Made by a program: the position numbers and the translations under genes
Source of the DNA: a virus
IMG/VR virus record: IMGVR_UViG_3300023176_005537
Location: 64,001 to 128,000 of that record
Reading direction: 5' to 3' (one strand)
DNA length: 64,000 bases
Part shown: positions 59,969 to 64,000 of the stretch, piece after piece
Layout: every line of letters starts with the position of its first letter
Numbering within the stretch: the first letter of the stretch is position 1
Notes under the pieces: model-generated
Told to the model about the DNA's origin: nothing
Database searches by the model: none
Seen by the model: the letters and a program-made list of their open reading frames with translations, nothing else

Positions 59969-59976
59969 CTATTTAT
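59969..59976 (+). promoter_or_regulatory. Candidate late promoter (CTATTTAT) for the terminase-portal operon
   Basis: Motif in the intergenic gap 40 nt upstream of ATG 60009. Confidence 0.5.
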
Positions 59977-60008
59977 TACAAACAAATTGTTTTATTGGAG
60001 ATTTAAAT

Positions 60009-60521
60009 ATGTCAGAAATGTTAGCAGTAGTTAGAGGAATTTCCCAAGTATTGGCAAATACCTATCACGGCGCTTACGATCCTAGAACTGGTGAAAAAAT
60101 TAAAGTGGGTTTGAAACGAGATGAAGAAGTTCCCCATACGGAGCATCAACTTCTGGATGGCTTTAAAGTTCGTTTTCACGGAAACAAACTTGTTATCACT
60201 TATCAGGCCGATGTTGATCTGAAACATCTTCACAGGGTGGATTATGAGCGAGAAGTAGAAGAGATTTATGCTAATATCGTCAAATATCTTCAAACAGAAT
60301 ACAAAAAACACACTGGTCGCTCCCTTCGTTTGACCGAAGAAGGCGAATGTGACATTCTTATGCAGTCGGTTTCTAGAAAAAGAAACTTTGTTCAGTGTGT
60401 CAAGCATTACAAGATTAACAATATCAAGGGAGAGCCTAACCCCTACGATGATGGTGAAGATCTCGTAAGAGACGCAACCAAAAGATTTATCGCTATGGGT
60501 AAAAACAACACTCCGTTTTAA
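60009..60521 (+). CDS. Hypothetical protein upstream of the terminase
   Basis: 170-aa ORF with GGAG RBS. Confidence 0.7.
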   Translation: MSEMLAVVRGISQVLANTYHGAYDPRTGEKIKVGLKRDEEVPHTEHQLLDGFKVRFHGNKLVITYQADVDLKHLHRVDYEREVEEIYANIVKYLQTEYKKHTGRSLRLTEEGECDILMQSVSRKRNFVQCVKHYKINNIKGEPNPYDDGEDLVRDATKRFIAMGKNNTPF

Positions 60522-60529
60522 GGATTGAA

Positions 60530-62128
60530 ATGTCTAAAAATGCTGCAAGAATTCCAAAGAAACAAATTAAAGCGGAAATCCTCAAATCAGGTAGAGATCC
60601 GGTTTATTTTATCAATAACTATGTAAAAACTGTCCACCCAGTTCGTGGAGCAGTCCCTTTCAAGACTTACCCTTTCCAAACAGAACTTTTAAAAGAATTT
60701 CAAAACAATCGCTACAATATCATCCTTAAAGCAAGGCAGTTGGGTATCTCCACCTTGAGTGCGTCTTATATTCTTTGGATGATGTTGTTTTCTCAAAACA
60801 AAAACATTCTTGTTATTGCAACAAAGCTCCAAACAGCCGGGAACTTGGTTAGAAAAGTCAAACAAATGATGAACTCTCTCCCCAGTTGGATGAGGATTGC
60901 ATCAATCAAGATTGATAACCGAACTTCTTTTGAACTTTCAAACGGTTCGCAAATCAAAGCATCTGCCACTTCCGCTGATGCAGGTCGTTCGGAAGCTCTT
61001 TCTCTTTTGGTTATTGATGAAGCTGCTCATATTGAGAACATGGACGAGCTTTGGGCTGGTCTTTATCCCACAATTTCAACCGGTGGTCGTGTTATTGCAC
61101 TTTCTTCTCCAATGGGCGTTGGGAACTGGTTTCACAAGATGTGCGTTGGAGCAGAAAACAGCGAAAATGACTTCTTTTTGACCACTTTACCTTGGGATGT
61201 TCACCCTGAAAGGGACGATAACTGGTTTAAAAAAGAAACAAACAACCTCCCGCAAAGAAAGATTGCACAGGAATACCTTTGTTCATTCAACGCTTCCGGT
61301 GAAACTGTTGTTCACGCTGACGATCTTACTTTTTATGAGAAGAAAGTGGAGATCCCAAAGTACAAATCAGGGTTTGACAGAAACTATTGGATCTGGAAAG
61401 AAGCAGAAAAAGGCAAAAACTATCTTATTTCAGCAGACGTTGCTAGGGGTGACGGAAGAGACCATTCTGCTTTTCATGTTGTTGACGTTGAAGAGATGGA
61501 TATCGTAGCAGAATATTGTGGAAAACCTTCAATTGACCTTTTTGCCACTTTTCTGCAAGATGTTGCTAGGGAATATGGAAATCCTCTTTTGGTTGTGGAA
61601 AACAACAACATTGGATACGCAGTTTTAGAGAAGCTAATCGAAGCAGGGTATCCAAATCTTTACTTTTCCATCAAAGGTTCGGGTGAATACATTGATTCTT
61701 TTGCTGCCGAGACAAGAACTGGGTCTGTTCCCGGCTTTTCAACATCTCACAAGACCAGACCCCTGATCATTGCAAAGTTGGAAGAATTCATCAGAAATAA
61801 ACTACTTAATATCAAATCAAACCGCCTTATACAAGAGTTAAGAACGTTTGTTTGGAACAATGGCCGACCAGAAGCAATGAAAGGTTACAATGATGACCTT
61901 ACAATGTCTTTGGCGATTGCTTGCTGGGTTAGAGACACCGCCATTGTCCAAGGAAGAAGGAACGATGACTTTAAAAGAGCCTTGATTGGTGGAATTATGT
62001 CAACAAGATCTGGATTGGATGTTAGAGTTCCGGGTCAAAGAGATTACAATAGAAACGCAGATCTGCAAAGAAAAGCAAGACAAGCTGCGAAACAACAAGA
62101 ACAATTCAGTTGGGTATACAAAGGATAA
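60530..62128 (+). CDS. terL: Terminase large subunit (T4 gp17-like)
   Basis: YPFQ, LKARQLGIST Walker A, LLVIDEAAH Walker B, SADVARGDG.D.S nuclease, GYNDDL.MS. Confidence 0.95.
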   Translation: MSKNAARIPKKQIKAEILKSGRDPVYFINNYVKTVHPVRGAVPFKTYPFQTELLKEFQNNRYNIILKARQLGISTLSASYILWMMLFSQNKNILVIATKLQTAGNLVRKVKQMMNSLPSWMRIASIKIDNRTSFELSNGSQIKASATSADAGRSEALSLLVIDEAAHIENMDELWAGLYPTISTGGRVIALSSPMGVGNWFHKMCVGAENSENDFFLTTLPWDVHPERDDNWFKKETNNLPQRKIAQEYLCSFNASGETVVHADDLTFYEKKVEIPKYKSGFDRNYWIWKEAEKGKNYLISADVARGDGRDHSAFHVVDVEEMDIVAEYCGKPSIDLFATFLQDVAREYGNPLLVVENNNIGYAVLEKLIEAGYPNLYFSIKGSGEYIDSFAAETRTGSVPGFSTSHKTRPLIIAKLEEFIRNKLLNIKSNRLIQELRTFVWNNGRPEAMKGYNDDLTMSLAIACWVRDTAIVQGRRNDDFKRALIGGIMSTRSGLDVRVPGQRDYNRNADLQRKARQAAKQQEQFSWVYKG

Positions 62129-62131
62129 AAA

Positions 62132-64000
62132 ATGGCTGCTCCGAAAAATGATAAAAGCAACAGAAACCCTAATTCTGGTCTTTTCCAAAGGCTGACTAGG
62201 CTTTTCTCTGGTCCGATTGTTAACTATCGCTCTCAAACATACAGAAAAGAGCGAAGAAGACAGATGGACAAGTATAACTTCACGTCTGCTTCTGGTAAGC
62301 AATTCAAAAAATCTATTCATGATCCATTTGCCAATACAACCTATAATTATGTTGCGTCTCAAGGGCGAGCAGAAAGGTACGCAGACTTCGAGCAGATGGA
62401 GTATATGCCAGAGATCGCATCAGCAATTGACATTTATGCAGATGAAATGACAACCTCTACCTTCATCAACAATCTTTTGACAATTGACACCAGAAACCAA
62501 GAGATCAAGCACATTCTTGAAGAGCTTTACATGGACATCCTTAACGTTGAGTTCAACCTTTTTGGATGGTGTCGCTCAATGTGTAAGTTTGGAGATTTCT
62601 TTCTTTACTTGGATATTGAAGAAGGAAAAGGAATTACAAATGCCATTGGTCTTCCGACCCACGAGCTTGAAAGAATGGAAGGTTTGGACAAAACAAATCC
62701 AAACTATATCCAATATCAGTGGAACTCTGGTGGTCTAACTTTTGAGAACTGGCAAGTCGCTCATTTCCGTATCTTGGGGAATGACAAGTATTCTCCTTAT
62801 GGAACTTCTGTTCTAGAGCCGGCAAGAAGGATTTGGCGGCAATTAACTCTTATCGAGGACGCAATGATGGCTTATCGCATTGTTCGCTCTCCGGAAAGAA
62901 GGATTTTTAAGATTGAAGTTGGCAACATTCCTCCGCAGGAAGTGGAACAGTATGTCCAAAGGGTTATGACCCAGATGAAAAGAAATCAGGTTATCGATCC
63001 TGATACTGGCCGTGTTGATCTTCGCTACAACCCTCTTTCAGTTGAAGAAGATTACTTCCTTCCTGTTCGAAATGGAGTTGGCTCTGATATTTCTTCTTTG
63101 GCAGGTGGGCAGTTCACTGGTGATATTGATGATGTAAAGTATCTTCGTGCTAAATTATTTGCAGCACTCAAAGTTCCAGAGTCCTACCTTGCAGGTGGAG
63201 AAGCTGGCGGAGAAGTTGAAAAAGGTGCTCTAGCACAAAAGGACATTCGCTTTGCAAGAACTATCCAAAGGCTGCAAAGATCGGTGATTTCCGAATTGGA
63301 AAAGATTGGGATCATCCATCTTCACACTTTGGGTTACAAAAACAAAGATCTTGTTTCTTTCAAGCTGCGTTTGAGCAACCCGTCTAGAATTGCAGAGCTT
63401 CAGGAGTTGGAATACTGGCGAACCAAGTTTGATATTGCTGCGTCTGCAACTGAAACTTACTTCTCTCGTCGTTGGATTGGTGAGAACATCTTCAATCTTT
63501 CCGAAGCAGATCAGTTAAGAAACGAAAGAGAGCAATTCTACGATCGCGTGTTTATCGCAGAGTTGGAAAAAGTCGCAGAAGTTGCAGAGAACGAAAGAGG
63601 TGGAATTGGAGGTGGTGGAGACGACCTAGCCGGAGATGCTACCGGAACAGATGCTGGTGATTTAGCTGGCGATCTAGACTTAGGCGGTGATACCGGTGGG
63701 GACACGGATCTAGACTTAGGCGGTGATACCGGTGGGGACACTGGTAGTGGAGGGGAAGAGCCTATGCTGCTAGCCACTCCGGGTAAAAGAGATGATGAAG
63801 AGTACAAATATGAAAAAGATGGAATGACAACAACCTCCAAATCAAAAGGAAAATGGTATAAACCAGTTGGTCATGACAAAAGAAAATCATTAGCCCCAAA
63901 GAAGAAAAGCTACAAAGCAAAGTATTCAGATCGTTCCGCTAGCCGTTCCAAAGAAAATGTTTTCCCAGACTTTAATTCATTTTTAAGATCTTCTAAGGGA
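62132..64000 (+). CDS. Portal protein (T4 gp20-like), partial (runs off the window end)
   Basis: Open frame from ATG 62132 to the end: PEIASAIDIYADE, EDAMMAYRIVRSPERRIFKIEVGN, EEDYFLPVR, DIDDVKYL..KLFAALKVP. Confidence 0.95.
   Translation, partial: MAAPKNDKSNRNPNSGLFQRLTRLFSGPIVNYRSQTYRKERRRQMDKYNFTSASGKQFKKSIHDPFANTTYNYVASQGRAERYADFEQMEYMPEIASAIDIYADEMTTSTFINNLLTIDTRNQEIKHILEELYMDILNVEFNLFGWCRSMCKFGDFFLYLDIEEGKGITNAIGLPTHELERMEGLDKTNPNYIQYQWNSGGLTFENWQVAHFRILGNDKYSPYGTSVLEPARRIWRQLTLIEDAMMAYRIVRSPERRIFKIEVGNIPPQEVEQYVQRVMTQMKRNQVIDPDTGRVDLRYNPLSVEEDYFLPVRNGVGSDISSLAGGQFTGDIDDVKYLRAKLFAALKVPESYLAGGEAGGEVEKGALAQKDIRFARTIQRLQRSVISELEKIGIIHLHTLGYKNKDLVSFKLRLSNPSRIAELQELEYWRTKFDIAASATETYFSRRWIGENIFNLSEADQLRNEREQFYDRVFIAELEKVAEVAENERGGIGGGGDDLAGDATGTDAGDLAGDLDLGGDTGGDTDLDLGGDTGGDTGSGGEEPMLLATPGKRDDEEYKYEKDGMTTTSKSKGKWYKPVGHDKRKSLAPKKKSYKAKYSDRSASRSKENVFPDFNSFLRSSKG
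63671..63741 (+). repeat. 36-bp tandem duplication in the portal C-terminal linker
   Basis: gatctagacttaggcggtgataccggtggggacac twice, encoding DLDLGGDTGGDT x2. Confidence 0.9.

Noticed and set aside
63671-63741. CRISPR-like repeat
   Set aside because: Two directly adjacent 36-bp units with no spacer, in frame within the portal CDS
1-64000. Stop-codon reassignment, as in some large phages
   Set aside because: TAA, TAG (e.g. 1846, 8878, 47694, 59949) and TGA all end genes cleanly, and coding density is already very high in code 11
60530-64000. Intein or intron in the terminase or portal
   Set aside because: Both frames are continuous and of normal core length, with no splice or homing-endonuclease motifs seen
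1-64000. tRNA, rRNA or other structured RNA genes
   Set aside because: Intergenic gaps are almost all under 75 nt, apart from the AT-rich 190-381 promoter region; no cloverleaf or long hairpin recognised by eye

Overview
This 64-kb window is a gene-dense piece of a large T4-like (myovirus-type) bacteriophage genome, read in standard code 11 and almost entirely on the + strand. From left to right: (i) a divergent AT-rich promoter region and a partial - strand gene; (ii) a ~13-kb glycan locus with seven glycosyltransferase-like genes, a split transketolase-like pair, an SDR, RfbH/DdhC, RfbB, Fcl and Gmd; (iii) a gp55-like late sigma factor; (iv) a ~30-kb baseplate/tail block (NlpC/P60 hub, HxH spike, gp25, gp6/baseplate-J, 1875-aa and 2818-aa proteins); (v) RuvC-like resolvase, primase and a single-chain Mre11-Rad50 (gp47-gp46) fusion; (vi) a block of small and modular genes interleaved with a probable lysis cassette; (vii) the large terminase and a gp20-like portal that runs off the end. 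Two candidate systems stand out. A) A shared K-I-x(6-7)-I-[IL]-K-E-E leader is attached to unrelated cargo domains (ArdA-like, HAD phosphatase, zincin, Pro-rich unknown), next to polyproteins punctuated by [ILV]-x-E sites; this suggests capsid targeting and protease processing of injected effectors. B) A strong [ST]-[GAS]-S motif enrichment in particular virion proteins lies next to the glycan locus; this suggests phage-encoded virion O-glycosylation, possibly with an unusual branched dideoxy sugar. All functional calls come from motif recognition by eye; no searches were run.
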